A DNA stretch of 64,000 bases from an uncultured Gemmatimonadales bacterium (GCA_963716255.1 OY970303.1:7168001-7232000); one strand, 5' to 3'; shown: positions 1 to 9,675, counted from the stretch's first letter. Notes: generated by a model not told the origin, from the letters alone. Numbers and translations are program-made.

Positions 1-1
1 C

Positions 2-1087
2 GACCTCCCGCAGCGCTTCGGGCCGGACCGCTACGCCCGCGTGGATCCGGGCGAAAGCTACCTGCGCCTGGACGCGGGCGGGATCGCCGTGGGCGTTTCC
101 ACCGCCACGCAGGTGTGGGGGCCCGGGAGCGAGTACCCGATCCTGCTGGCGAGCGCGGGGCCGGGGTTCCCCCACGCGTTCGTGGGCACCTCGCGCCCGG
201 TGGACCTGTGGGTGGCCCGCGTCCACGGGCGCGTGGTGTACGGCCGCCTGGAGCAGTCGGCGTACTCGCCGGTGCGGGAAGGGGCGGCGCGGCACCGCTT
301 CATGTCGGGGGTGGTGGGCGTCCTCCAGCCGCGGGGGATGCCGGGGCTGGAGCTGGGCGGGGGGCGCTTCTTCCACACGCCGTGGCCGGAGGAAGGCCTG
401 TCGGCGGCCAACTTCCGCACCCCGTTCCAGGGGCTGCTGAAGCGCAGCCTGGAGCTGGACCCGGAGGGGAACCCCGCGGACGACCGGAGCAACCAGCTGG
501 CCACCTTCTTCTTCCGCTGGGCCACGGCCCGCGCGGGGGCGGAGGTGTACGGGGAATACTTTCGCGAGGACCACAACTTCGACCTGCGCGACCTGCTCCT
601 GGAGCCGGACCACAGCGCCGCGTACATGCTGGGGATCCGGCGGGCGTGGCGCCCCTCGCCGGAGCGGATGCTGACGCTCCGGGCGGAGGCCATGAACGCC
701 CGCCTCAGCCACCTGGCGCGGGTGCGCACGCAGTCGCCCAAGATGATCCACACCGGGACCCTCCAGGGCCACACCCAGCTCGGGCAGCCGCTCGGCGGGC
801 GGGCCGTCTACGGCGGGGCGGGGACGATCGTCGCCCTGGACCTGTACCACCCAGGGGGGCGCTGGACCGCGTCGTGGACGCGCGAGCAGCGCGGCGCCCC
901 GGACCAGACCAACCCGGAGGGGGACGTGTGGGTGGCGGACGCGCTGGGCGCGGAGTCGCTGTTCGTGGCGGGGCGGGTGGGAATCCGCGCCGGGGTGACG
1001 GGGGCGCTGGAGCGGAACCGCTACCTGGAAACGGGCCGCGACGAATTCAACCTCAACGCGCAGCTCGGGCTGGAGTGGACGCCCTGA
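2..1087 (+). CDS. Capsule assembly Wzi-family outer-membrane beta-barrel protein (5'-truncated)
   Basis: Frame open from position 2 (DLPQRFG...). WGPG...ILL...AGPGFPH and YGEYFREDH motifs; C-terminal aromatic beta-strand. Lies in a polysaccharide locus. Confidence 0.7.
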   Translation, partial: DLPQRFGPDRYARVDPGESYLRLDAGGIAVGVSTATQVWGPGSEYPILLASAGPGFPHAFVGTSRPVDLWVARVHGRVVYGRLEQSAYSPVREGAARHRFMSGVVGVLQPRGMPGLELGGGRFFHTPWPEEGLSAANFRTPFQGLLKRSLELDPEGNPADDRSNQLATFFFRWATARAGAEVYGEYFREDHNFDLRDLLLEPDHSAAYMLGIRRAWRPSPERMLTLRAEAMNARLSHLARVRTQSPKMIHTGTLQGHTQLGQPLGGRAVYGGAGTIVALDLYHPGGRWTASWTREQRGAPDQTNPEGDVWVADALGAESLFVAGRVGIRAGVTGALERNRYLETGRDEFNLNAQLGLEWTP

Positions 1088-1109
1088 GGCCGCCGGGGCG
1101 CCGCCGCTG

Positions 1110-2189
1110 ATGGCGCGCCGGATCCTGTACGCGGTGGGCGCGCGGCCCAACTTCGTCAAGGCGGCGCCGCTGCTGGAAGCGTCGCGGGCCTACCCGGAGG
1201 TGGAGACGCTCCTGGTGCACACCGGCCAGCACTACGACGACGCCCTGAGCGGCGCGCTCTTCCGCGACCTGGAGCTGCGCGCCCCCGACGTGAACCTGGG
1301 GGTGGGCTCCGCGTCGCACGCGGCGCAGACGGCGGCGGTGATGTGCGCCTTCGAGCCCGTGGTGCTGGGCTGGCGGCCGGACGTGGTGGTGGTGGTGGGC
1401 GACGTGAACTCCACGCTGGCGTGCGCGCTGGTCGCCGCCAAGCTGGGGGTGGCGGTGGCGCACGTGGAGGCGGGGCTGCGGTGCTGGGACCGCTCCATGC
1501 CGGAGGAGATCAACCGCGTCCTGGTGGACCACCTCGCGGACTTCCTCTTCACCCCGGGCGCCGACGCGGACGACAACCTGCTGCGCGAGGGGATCGCCGC
1601 GGAGCGGATCCACCGCGTGGGCAACGTGATGGTAGACTCGCTCCGCCGGCAGCTCCCCCGCGCCCGCGGGCGGTGCCCCCTCCCCGGCCCGCCGCTCCCC
1701 GACGGCGCCTACGCGGTGGCGACCGTCCATCGCCCGTCCAACGTGGACGACCCCGGCCAGCTGGGTGCGATCTTCGCGGCGCTGACGGCGCTGGCGGAGG
1801 AGATGCCCGTGGTGTTCCCCATGCACCCCCGCACCCGCGGCCGCGCCGAGCGCTTCGGGCTCCTCCCGGGGCTGGGCGCGGTGCGGGTGGTGGAGCCCCT
1901 GGGGTACCACGCGATGCTCGCGCTGATGGAGCGTGCCCGGCTGGTGGTCACCGACTCGGGCGGGATGCAGGAGGAGACCACCGTGCTGGGCGTCCCCTGC
2001 GTCACCCTGCGCGCGACCACGGAGCGCCCCGTCACCGTCCGCGAAGGCACCAGCATCCTCGTCCCCGTCCGCACGCGCGACCACATCCTGCGCGCCGCGG
2101 CGGAAGCGCCGGGCCGCACGGGCCGCGTGCCCGACCTGTGGGACGGCCACGCTGCGGAGCGTGTCCTGGAGGTGCTCGCCCGCGCCTGA
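1110..2189 (+). CDS. wecB: UDP-N-acetylglucosamine 2-epimerase (non-hydrolysing)
   Basis: GARPNFVK, HTGQHYD, HVEAGLR, MPEEINR, TDSGGMQEE and TERP motifs. Confidence 0.95.
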   Translation: MARRILYAVGARPNFVKAAPLLEASRAYPEVETLLVHTGQHYDDALSGALFRDLELRAPDVNLGVGSASHAAQTAAVMCAFEPVVLGWRPDVVVVVGDVNSTLACALVAAKLGVAVAHVEAGLRCWDRSMPEEINRVLVDHLADFLFTPGADADDNLLREGIAAERIHRVGNVMVDSLRRQLPRARGRCPLPGPPLPDGAYAVATVHRPSNVDDPGQLGAIFAALTALAEEMPVVFPMHPRTRGRAERFGLLPGLGAVRVVEPLGYHAMLALMERARLVVTDSGGMQEETTVLGVPCVTLRATTERPVTVREGTSILVPVRTRDHILRAAAEAPGRTGRVPDLWDGHAAERVLEVLARA

Positions 2190-2215
2190 GCGCGGGCAAT
2201 GGGGAGAACGACGGT

Positions 2216-2385
2216 GCGCTTCGGCGGGCTCCGGTGTTCGTGGTCGGCCGGGGCAGGCTCCTCCGGCGGTGCGAAACTCGCCTACCCTCCGAGTACGGGC
2301 GGGATCACGCTGGCTTCGAACAAACGCACCGCCTGCGGACCCTTCCCCAACCTCCCTGCGCAGATCCCAGGAACGGCAACGGCCG
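2216..2385 (+). repeat. Structured intergenic repeat family C, copy 1
   Basis: Arms nearly identical to 28646-28840. GGCGGTGCG (2265-2273) pairs with CGCACCGCC (2325-2333). Confidence 0.85.
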
Positions 2386-2400
2386 TGTCGTCGTAGTGCT

Positions 2401-2436
2401 CCCCCTCCCCCAGAATTGGGGGAGGGGGAGGGGGCC
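2401..2436. repeat. BoxC-like pyrimidine/purine palindrome (family B)
   Basis: CCCCCTCCCCCA-GAAT-TGGGGGAGGGGG hairpin; the same core recurs near 17376, 17652 and 28858. Confidence 0.8.
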
Positions 2437-2440
2437 CCCG

Positions 2441-2595
2441 CGGACGCCAGCGCGAGCCCCGCGTGAGGGATTTCGGCCCGAAGGGGCGAGACCGCGCGGC
2501 TGTTTGCGCGGGCTCGACTCCGTTGGGCTGCGTTGTTTGCAGCCCTACGGAGCCGAAGCCCGACCCCGGCGCCAGCCGGGGGCACGCCCAACCCC
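2441..2595 (+). repeat. Multi-branched structured repeat family A, copy 1
   Basis: CGGACGCCAGCGCGA leader, then GCGTGAGGGATTTCGGCCCGAAGGGGCGAGA...GCTCGACTCCGT...ACGGAGCCGAAGCCCGACCCCGGC...GCCGGGGGCACGCCC. 11 copies in the window. Confidence 0.95.
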
Positions 2596-2618
2596 GCCGT
2601 TCAAAGCCGTTCCGAGCC

Positions 2619-3782
2619 TCAGCCGACCACGGAACGCACCGCACGCACCACGTCCTCCACGTCGTCGTCGGAAAGGAACGGGGACAGGGGAATCGACACC
2701 GTGCGCTCGCTGATCCAGGTGGCGTTGGGAAAGTCCTCCGGCCGGTAGCCGAAGTGGTCGCGGTAGAACGGGTGCAGGTGCACGCCGATGTAGTGGCAGC
2801 CCGTGCCGATGCCGCGCTCGTGCAGCGCCTGCATGAAGCCGTCGCGCGAGATCCCGCAGCGCGCCTCGTCCACCAGCAGCGTGTACAGGTGGCGCGCGTG
2901 CAGCTGGTCGGGCGGGGGCGGGGCGGGGCGGGCGACCGGGAGATCCGCGAAGGCCTGGTCGTAGCGCCGCCATACCTCCTCGCGGCGGGCCAGGCGGGCG
3001 GCGAGCTGCGGAAGCTGGTGGATGCCGAGGGCGGCCTGCAGGTCCATCATGTTGTACTTGAAGCCGGGGTACTCCACCTGGTAGTGCCGGTACCCGGCGT
3101 CGGCGAAGCGCCGCCACGCGTCGTGCGACAGGCCGTGCAGCGCGTACGTCTTGATGCGCGCCGCGAGCTCGGGGTCGTCGGTGGCGACCGCGCCGCCCTC
3201 GCCGGTGGTGAGGTTCTTGGTGACGTAGAACGAGAAGCAGGTGAGCTGCGAGATGCTTCCCACCTTGCGGCCCCGGTACGCGGCTTCGAGCGCGTGGGCC
3301 GCGTCCTCGATCACCAGCAGGCCGTGGCGCCGGGCGATGTCGCCGATGGCGTCCAGGTCGCACACCCGTCCGGCCAGGTGCACGGGGATGATGGCCCGGG
3401 TGCGCGGGGTGACCGCGTCCTCGATGCGCTGCGGGTCGATCAGCTGCGACTCCCGGTCGCAGTCCACGAGCACCGGGGTGCCCCCGGCGTGCACGATGGA
3501 GCTCACGGTGCTGGCGAAGGTCATCGGCGTGGTGACGACCTCGTCGCCGGCGCCGATCCCCGCCGCGACCATGGACAGGTGGAGCGCCGCCGTGCAGGAG
3601 TGCAGCGCCATCACGTGCTCGGCCCCCGTGTACGCCCGCAGCATCCCCTCGAACCGCTGCACCTTGGGGCCGGTGCCCAGCCAGCCGCTGCGCAGCGAAT
3701 CCGCGACCTCGGCGATCTCGTCCTCCCCGATGCGGGGCGCGCCGAAGACCAGGTAGGGCTCGCGGGGCGAGGAGGTGCTCAA
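2619..3782 (-). CDS. DegT/DnrJ/EryC1/StrS-family PLP-dependent sugar aminotransferase
   Basis: SGWLGTGPKV, IEDAAHA, FSFYVTKNLTTGEGG (catalytic Lys) and GFKYNM motifs. Confidence 0.95.
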   Translation of the reverse strand: MSTSSPREPYLVFGAPRIGEDEIAEVADSLRSGWLGTGPKVQRFEGMLRAYTGAEHVMALHSCTAALHLSMVAAGIGAGDEVVTTPMTFASTVSSIVHAGGTPVLVDCDRESQLIDPQRIEDAVTPRTRAIIPVHLAGRVCDLDAIGDIARRHGLLVIEDAAHALEAAYRGRKVGSISQLTCFSFYVTKNLTTGEGGAVATDDPELAARIKTYALHGLSHDAWRRFADAGYRHYQVEYPGFKYNMMDLQAALGIHQLPQLAARLARREEVWRRYDQAFADLPVARPAPPPPDQLHARHLYTLLVDEARCGISRDGFMQALHERGIGTGCHYIGVHLHPFYRDHFGYRPEDFPNATWISERTVSIPLSPFLSDDDVEDVVRAVRSVVG

Positions 3783-3910
3783 GCGTGGGCGGCGGGGCTG
3801 GAGGGGGAACGGCTGGCGGCGGCGGAGCGGGGAATCTGGCAGGATGCGGCCGGGCCGGAAAGTGGCTCCGGCCTCCGGTCGGGGGATCCGTCCCGGGGCG
3901 CGCCCCGCGC

Positions 3911-3939
3911 TTGCGGCTCCCGGGGGACGGCGCTACCAT
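3911..3939 (+). promoter_or_regulatory. Candidate sigma70-type promoter for the main + strand operon
   Basis: TTGCGG-N17-TACCAT in the divergent spacer, about 90 nt upstream of the 4027 start. Confidence 0.5.
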
Positions 3940-4026
3940 TCACCCCTTCCCACCCGCGGCGAAACAGGCCCCTCCGCTGCGGACCGGGGCGACTCCCTTC
4001 CGCTCCCCTCCCGCCGAATTGTCCCC

Positions 4027-5286
4027 GTGCCGTCCGTAGTCTTCCTGAACCGGTTCTATGCACCCGACGTCGCCGCCACCGGGCAGATCCTCGCCGACCT
4101 GGCGGAAGACCTCGCGGCGCAGGGGTGGGACGCCACCGTGATCACCGGCCGGACCCGCTACGAGGGCGAGGGAGAGCCCCTGCCGCGCTCGGAGATGCGC
4201 AGGGGGGTCCGGGTGCTCCGCGTGTGGACGGCCACGCTGCGGCGGTCGCCGATGCTGGGCCGCGTCCTCGCGTGCGCCACCTTTCTGCTGAGCACCTTCC
4301 CGGCGCTGTGGCGGGTCCCCCGGGGCTCGGTCGTGGTCGCCATGACCGATCCGCCGTTCCTGCTGGTGCCGGTGCTGCTGATGGCCCGCCTCCGGGGCTT
4401 CCAGGTGGCGGCGTGGGTACAGGACGTGTACCCGCAGCTCGCGGTGGCGCTGGGCGTGCTCCGCCCGGACTCGGTGCTTTCCCGTCTCCTGCACGACGTG
4501 GCTCGGGGGACGTACCGGCGCTGCGACGTGGTGATCACGCTCGCCCCGGCGATGTCGCGGGTGATGACCGGGATGGGCGTGGCGCCGAGCCGGGTGGTGC
4601 ACGTGCACAACTGGGCGGACGCCGGCTCCATCCGCCCTCTCCCGCTGGCCCAGAACCCGTTCGTCCGCGAGCACGGCCTGGCGTCGCGCTTCGTGGTGCT
4701 GTACTCGGGGACCGCGGGGCGCGCCCACACCTTCGACGCCGTGGTCGCGGCGGCCCGCGAACTGAGCTCCGACCCGGAGATCCTCTTCCTGTTCGTGGGC
4801 GGCGGCGCGCAGATGCCGGGGCTGCGCAGGGAGGTGGAGCGCTGCGGGGCGTCCCACGCGGTGCGCTTCCTCCCGTACCAGCCGCGCGAGGCGCTGGCGG
4901 CGAGCATGTCCTCCGGCGACGTGGCGCTGGTCACGGAGAAGCCCTCCACCGCGGGGCTGCTCCTCCCCAGCAAGACCTACGGGGCGATGGCCAGCGGGCG
5001 GCCCATCCTGTACGTGGGCTCGGAGGACAGCGACGTGGCGAAGCTGGTGTGGGAGCACGAGTGCGGGATCGTGGTGCGGCACGACGACCCGGCGGGGATC
5101 GTCCGCGCGGTGCGGACGCTCAAGGCGGACCCGGAGCTGCGGGAGCGGATGGGCCGGGCGGGGCGGACGGCCGCCGAGGTGCTGTACGACCGACGCCACG
5201 CGACGCGGCGCTACGGCGCCGTCCTGGACCGGCTTGCGGTGGGCTCCGCCCCCGCGGCGCAGGAGTACCTGGCGGAGGGCGTGTGA
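4027..5286 (+). CDS. GT4 glycosyltransferase (WcaI/WbuB-like)
   Basis: NRFYAPD, QDVYP, HNWAD, YSGTAGRAH and PSKTYGAMASGRP motifs. GTG start chosen by domain boundary. Confidence 0.9.
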   Translation: MPSVVFLNRFYAPDVAATGQILADLAEDLAAQGWDATVITGRTRYEGEGEPLPRSEMRRGVRVLRVWTATLRRSPMLGRVLACATFLLSTFPALWRVPRGSVVVAMTDPPFLLVPVLLMARLRGFQVAAWVQDVYPQLAVALGVLRPDSVLSRLLHDVARGTYRRCDVVITLAPAMSRVMTGMGVAPSRVVHVHNWADAGSIRPLPLAQNPFVREHGLASRFVVLYSGTAGRAHTFDAVVAAARELSSDPEILFLFVGGGAQMPGLRREVERCGASHAVRFLPYQPREALAASMSSGDVALVTEKPSTAGLLLPSKTYGAMASGRPILYVGSEDSDVAKLVWEHECGIVVRHDDPAGIVRAVRTLKADPELRERMGRAGRTAAEVLYDRRHATRRYGAVLDRLAVGSAPAAQEYLAEGV

Positions 5287-6152
5287 GCGCGGCCGCGGCC
5301 GCCGGGCTCGCCGCGCCGGGTCCGCGGGAGGAGCACCGGCTGCGCATCGAGCCGGCGTCCGGCTGGCCGGGGTTCGGCGCGCGCGAGCTGTGGGCGTACC
5401 GGGACCTGTGGCGCCTGCTGGTGTGGCGCGACCTGCGGGTGCGCTACGCGCAGACGGCGCTGGGTGCGGCGTGGGCGGTGCTCCCGCCGGTGCTCACCAC
5501 CCTCCTGTTCACGGTGGTGTTCGGGCGGTTCGTCCGGGTGCCGTCGGACGGGGCACCGTACGCGGTGTTCGCCATGGCGGGGCTGGTGCCGTGGACGTAC
5601 TTCTCCGGGGCCTTTTCCGCCGCGGGGGCGAGCACCGTGTCCAGCGCCCACCTGTTCACCAAGGTGTACTTTCCGCGGCTGGTGATCCCGCTGGCCCCGG
5701 TGGTGGGGACCGGGGTGGACTTCGGCGTCTCGCTCGTGCTCCTGCTGGGGCTGATGATGGCGTCGGGGATCCGCCCGCTCCCCGTGGCCCTCGTCGCCGT
5801 CCCCCTGCTGTTCGTGCTGATGATGGTTGCCGCGGCGGGGGTGGGGTGCTGGCTCGCCGCCCTCAACGTCCGCTTCCGCGACGTCAAGCACCTGACGCCG
5901 CTGCTGGTGCAGCTGTGGATGTACGCGTCGCCGGTGGCGTACCCGCTGTCGGTGGTCCCGGAGCGCTGGCGCGCCGTGTACGCGCTGAACCCCATGGTGG
6001 GGGTGGTGGAGGGCTTCCGGACGGTGCTGCTGGGCACCGGCACGCTCACCCCCGGGCTGCTGGCCGCTTCCGCCGCCGTCTCCGTGCTGCTGCTGGTGAC
6101 GGGAGCCGCGTACTTCCGCGCCACCGAAGACCGCTTCGCCGACTTCGCCTGA
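5283..6152 (+). CDS. wzm: Polysaccharide ABC transporter permease
   Basis: ELWAYRDL..LLVWRDLRVRYAQTALG, KVYFPR, FRDVKH and LNPM motifs. GTGA overlap. Confidence 0.92.
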   Translation: MSAAAAAGLAAPGPREEHRLRIEPASGWPGFGARELWAYRDLWRLLVWRDLRVRYAQTALGAAWAVLPPVLTTLLFTVVFGRFVRVPSDGAPYAVFAMAGLVPWTYFSGAFSAAGASTVSSAHLFTKVYFPRLVIPLAPVVGTGVDFGVSLVLLLGLMMASGIRPLPVALVAVPLLFVLMMVAAAGVGCWLAALNVRFRDVKHLTPLLVQLWMYASPVAYPLSVVPERWRAVYALNPMVGVVEGFRTVLLGTGTLTPGLLAASAAVSVLLLVTGAAYFRATEDRFADFA

Positions 6153-6154
6153 CC

Positions 6155-7432
6155 GTGTCCCAGTTCGCAGTCCGCGTCGAGAACCTGGGGAAGCGCTACC
6201 GCATCGGGGCCGCCGCGCGCGGCGCCGGGACGCTGCGCGACGCCATCGTCCACGCCGCAGGGGCGCCGCTGCGCGGGCTGCGCGCCCTTGCCCCGGGCGG
6301 CGGCGAGGCGCCGGCCGATTCGGTGTGGGCGCTGCGCCACCTGTCGCTGGAGGTGAGGCACGGGCAGGCGATGGCCATCGTGGGGCGCAACGGGGCGGGG
6401 AAGAGCACCCTCCTCAAGATCCTGTCGCGCATCACCCGCCCCACCGAGGGGTGGGCCGACGTCCACGGCCGCGTGGGCGCGCTGCTGGAGGTGGGGACGG
6501 GGTTCCACCCGGAGCTGACGGGGCGCGAGAACGTGTTCCTGAGCGGGTCCATGCTGGGGATGCGGCGCGACTACATCGCCCGGCGCTTCGACGAGATCGT
6601 GGACTTCGCGGGGGTGGAGCGCTTCCTGGACACCCCGGTGAAGCGCTATTCCAGCGGGATGTACCTGCGGCTCGCCTTCGCGGTGGCGGCGCACCTGGAG
6701 CCGGAGATCCTCATCGTGGACGAGGTGCTCGCCGTGGGCGACGCCGAGTTCCAGCGCAGGTGCCTGGGCAAGATGGACCAGGTGGAGCGCGAGGGGCGCA
6801 CGGTGCTCTTCGTGTCCCACAACATGGCGGCCGTGTCCCGGCTCTGCGACGAGGCGGTGCTCCTGGAGCGGGGCACCGCCACGCTGCGCGGGCCGGCCGG
6901 CGCCGTGGTGGCCCACTACCTGGCGGCCGGGAGCCGCGGGGCGAGCCAGTTCGCCGCCCCCGACACGCCGGACGCCCCGGGGAACGGCGACTTCCGCCTC
7001 CTGGGGGTGAGCGTGGCCGACGCGGCGGGCGGCGCGGCTGGCACCTTCGACGTGCGCGCCCCCATCCACGTGGGGATCGAGTACCGGCTGCTCCACCCGG
7101 TCCGCGGGCTGCGCGTGGGGTTCCGCCTGCTGGCGGCGGACGGCACGGTGGTGCTGAGCACCACCGACCTGGACGCGGGCGAGCCGCGCGGCCGGGAGCG
7201 CGGCGTGTACGTGAGCCGGTGCGAGATCCCGGGCGGCTTTCTGAACGCGGGCGGGTACAGCATCTCGCTGGGGGTTGACGTCCCCATGGTGGAGTCGGTG
7301 GTGTTCATGGACAGCGTGGTCTCGTTCACCGTCGAGAACACGGGCGGGGCCGCCGGCACGGTGCCGGACGGCCGGCTGGGGGTGGTGTGCCCCCTCCTCC
7401 CCTGGGCGGTGGACACCCTGGCGGCGGTGTGA
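6155..7432 (+). CDS. wzt: Polysaccharide ABC transporter ATPase with C-terminal carbohydrate-binding domain
   Basis: Walker A GRNGAGKST, signature YSSGM, Walker B ILIVDEVLAVGD, and a C-terminal extension of Wzt_C type. Confidence 0.95.
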   Translation: MSQFAVRVENLGKRYRIGAAARGAGTLRDAIVHAAGAPLRGLRALAPGGGEAPADSVWALRHLSLEVRHGQAMAIVGRNGAGKSTLLKILSRITRPTEGWADVHGRVGALLEVGTGFHPELTGRENVFLSGSMLGMRRDYIARRFDEIVDFAGVERFLDTPVKRYSSGMYLRLAFAVAAHLEPEILIVDEVLAVGDAEFQRRCLGKMDQVEREGRTVLFVSHNMAAVSRLCDEAVLLERGTATLRGPAGAVVAHYLAAGSRGASQFAAPDTPDAPGNGDFRLLGVSVADAAGGAAGTFDVRAPIHVGIEYRLLHPVRGLRVGFRLLAADGTVVLSTTDLDAGEPRGRERGVYVSRCEIPGGFLNAGGYSISLGVDVPMVESVVFMDSVVSFTVENTGGAAGTVPDGRLGVVCPLLPWAVDTLAAV

Positions 7433-8250
7433 GCGGCGTGACCGCGCCCGCGCCCTCCTGCCCCGCGTGCGGCGCCGCGGAATCGGTCCCGGGCGAGCCG
7501 CTGGACGGGGGCGCCGCGTACCTGCGCTGCGCCGGGTGCGGCGTCGAGCGGGTGGATCCGCTCCCGCCCGGCGTCCCCGTGTTCGTGGACTTCACCGACG
7601 CGGGCGAGGCCATGTTCGCCGAGCTGCGCGCGGGCGCTTCCCTGGCGGACGCGCTGACGCCCAACGAGCGGCTGGTGCTCGCCGCGCTGCGGCGCGCGGT
7701 GAAGCCCGGGGCCGCGGTGCTGGAGCTGTGCTGCGAGTCGGGGCGCTTCCTGGCGGCGCTGCGCGCGGAGGGGTTCCGCCCGCTGGGGATGGACCCGCTC
7801 CCGCGCCCGGCGCCCATGCTGCGCGCCCATGGGCTGGACGCCGCCGTGGGCGGCCCGGGCGACGTCCCGGCGGAGTGGCCGGAGCCGGAGGCGGTGGTGC
7901 TGCTGGAAAGCCTGGTACGGTTCCCCGACCCGGTGGCGCTGCTCGCGGAGGTGCGGGCGCGCTTCCCGCGCGCCGCGCTGCACGTGGCGGTGTCCAGCCC
8001 CCGGCAGTCGCTCAAGCTCCCCGAGTTCGACCGGCGCCACGCCTATCCGCCCCACCACCTGACGCGCTGGACCGAGCGGGGGCTGGCCCGCGCGCTGGAG
8101 CGCGCGGGGTACGCCGCCCGCGCCCGCACCACCCGCGCGTGGATCGACTGGCCGGCCCGCCGCGGCGCGTTCGGGAACACGCTGGCGGTGGCGCTCCGCC
8201 TGGCGGGGGAGGCGGAGTACTCGTTCATCGCCGTGGGCACGCCGCGGTGA
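7429..8250 (+). CDS. Class I SAM-dependent methyltransferase with N-terminal CxxC...CxxC
   Basis: CPACG...CAGCG, a degenerate motif I (VLELCCESGRFL) and YPPHHLTRW. Confidence 0.7.
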   Translation: MSGVTAPAPSCPACGAAESVPGEPLDGGAAYLRCAGCGVERVDPLPPGVPVFVDFTDAGEAMFAELRAGASLADALTPNERLVLAALRRAVKPGAAVLELCCESGRFLAALRAEGFRPLGMDPLPRPAPMLRAHGLDAAVGGPGDVPAEWPEPEAVVLLESLVRFPDPVALLAEVRARFPRAALHVAVSSPRQSLKLPEFDRRHAYPPHHLTRWTERGLARALERAGYAARARTTRAWIDWPARRGAFGNTLAVALRLAGEAEYSFIAVGTPR

Positions 8251-9643
8251 GCGCCGCGGCGACGGACTGGGTGGGGCGCCTCCTGGGGCTGGGGCGCAGC
8301 GTGGTCCCGGCACCGGCAAAGGAGTGGCTGCGCCGCGCGTACCGGGTCCTCCCCGATTCGTGGCGGCACTCCCCGGAATTCCGCGCGCTGGCGCGCGAGC
8401 TGCGCGCCGCCGAGGGGTGGAGCGCCGACCGGCTCGCGGCGCTCCAGCTGGAGCGCCTTCGCGGGGCGGTGCGCCGCGCGGAGGCGCACGTCCCCGCCCA
8501 CCGGGAGCGCTTCGCCGCGGCGGGGGTGGGAGCGCACTCGCTGCGCTCGCTGGACGACCTGGCCCGCTTCCCGTTCCTCCACAAGGACGATCTGCGCGCT
8601 CCGGGCGCGGACTTCCTGGCGCGCGACCTGGCGCCGGAGCGGCTGGAGCGCGTCGCCTCGGGGGGACCACCGGCGTCCCGGTGACCTTCCACCACGTGGC
8701 GGGGGAGCACCAGGACGTCGCGCGCGCCTTCCAGCTCGCCCTGTGGGGGCGCGTCGGCTTCGCGCCCGGGGCCCGCGTGCTGGACCTCACCGCGTCGTTC
8801 GGCGCGCCGTTCGGGTACGCGGACGCGCGGCACCTGCGCGTCGCCATCCCCTGGCTGGATGCGGCGGGGGCGGCGGAGTGGCTGAGCGAGGTGAAGCGCT
8901 TCCGCCCCGCGTTCGTCCTGGGCCTCCCGTCCACCGTCGCCGCGTTCGTGCAGGCGCTGGAGGACGCGGGGGCGAGCCTCCCGGTGCGCGGCGTGGTGGT
9001 GGGCTCGGAGGTGCTGCACCCCTGGCAGCGGGAGCGCATCGGGGCGGCGCTGGGGTGCCGGGTGCTGGCCTGGTACGGGATGTCCGAGGGCGCCGGGTAC
9101 GCCGCCGGGTGCGAGCGCTCGGACGCGTACCACTTCCACCCGCTGGCCGGGGTGATGGAGCTGGTGGACGACGCCGGGCGGCCCGTGGCGGAGCCGGGCG
9201 CCGAGGGCGAGATCGTGCTGACGGGCTTCTTCACCCGCGCCACCCCGTTCATCCGCTTCCGCACCGGCGACCGCGGCGTGTGGGGCGGCGCCGGGTGCCC
9301 GGAGTGCGGGCGCGCCCACCCCGTTCTGCGCGCCATCCACGGCCGCACGCAGGAGTTCCTGGTGGCGGCCGACGGGCGGCGGGTGCCGCACTCGGCGCTC
9401 AACGTCCACGCGGCGGTCTTCGGGGGGATCCACGGCTACCAGCTGGCGCAGGCGCGCCCGGGCGAGGTGGAGCTGCGCTGGGTGGGCGCGCCGGGGAGCG
9501 GCGACGATGCCTGCGCCGCGCTGCTGGGGCGCCTGGAGATCCAGCTGGGCGCGGGGTTCCGTCTGGCGGCCCGCCGTGTCGATGCGATCCCGCGCACGGC
9601 GCGCGGCAAGCACGTGTTCGTGGTCCGCGGCTTCGGGGAGTGA
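8247..9643 (+). pseudogene. CapK/phenylacetate-CoA-ligase-family protein split by a 1-nt frameshift
   Basis: N-half (LARFPFLHKDDLR...VASG) is in one frame; C-half (TTGVP, YGMSE, PFIRFRTGD, GRTQE, PRTARGK) is in another. The break is in the G6 run at 8660-8665, inside the SGGTTG P-loop. Confidence 0.8.
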
Positions 9644-9675
9644 GAGCGGATGCGGTCGGAGCGGGGTGAAGGGAA

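Noticed and set aside
2401..2436. Palindromes as intrinsic terminators
   Set aside because: No U-tract follows on either strand and they recur as a mobile-looking family. A pausing or mRNA-stabilising role is not excluded.
2509..2522. GGGCTCGACTCC resembles a tRNA T-arm (GGTTCGACTCC)
   Set aside because: No 5-bp T-stem, acceptor stem or CCA end. Covariation assigns CTCG and CTCCG to two other helices, and copy 8 alters the motif.
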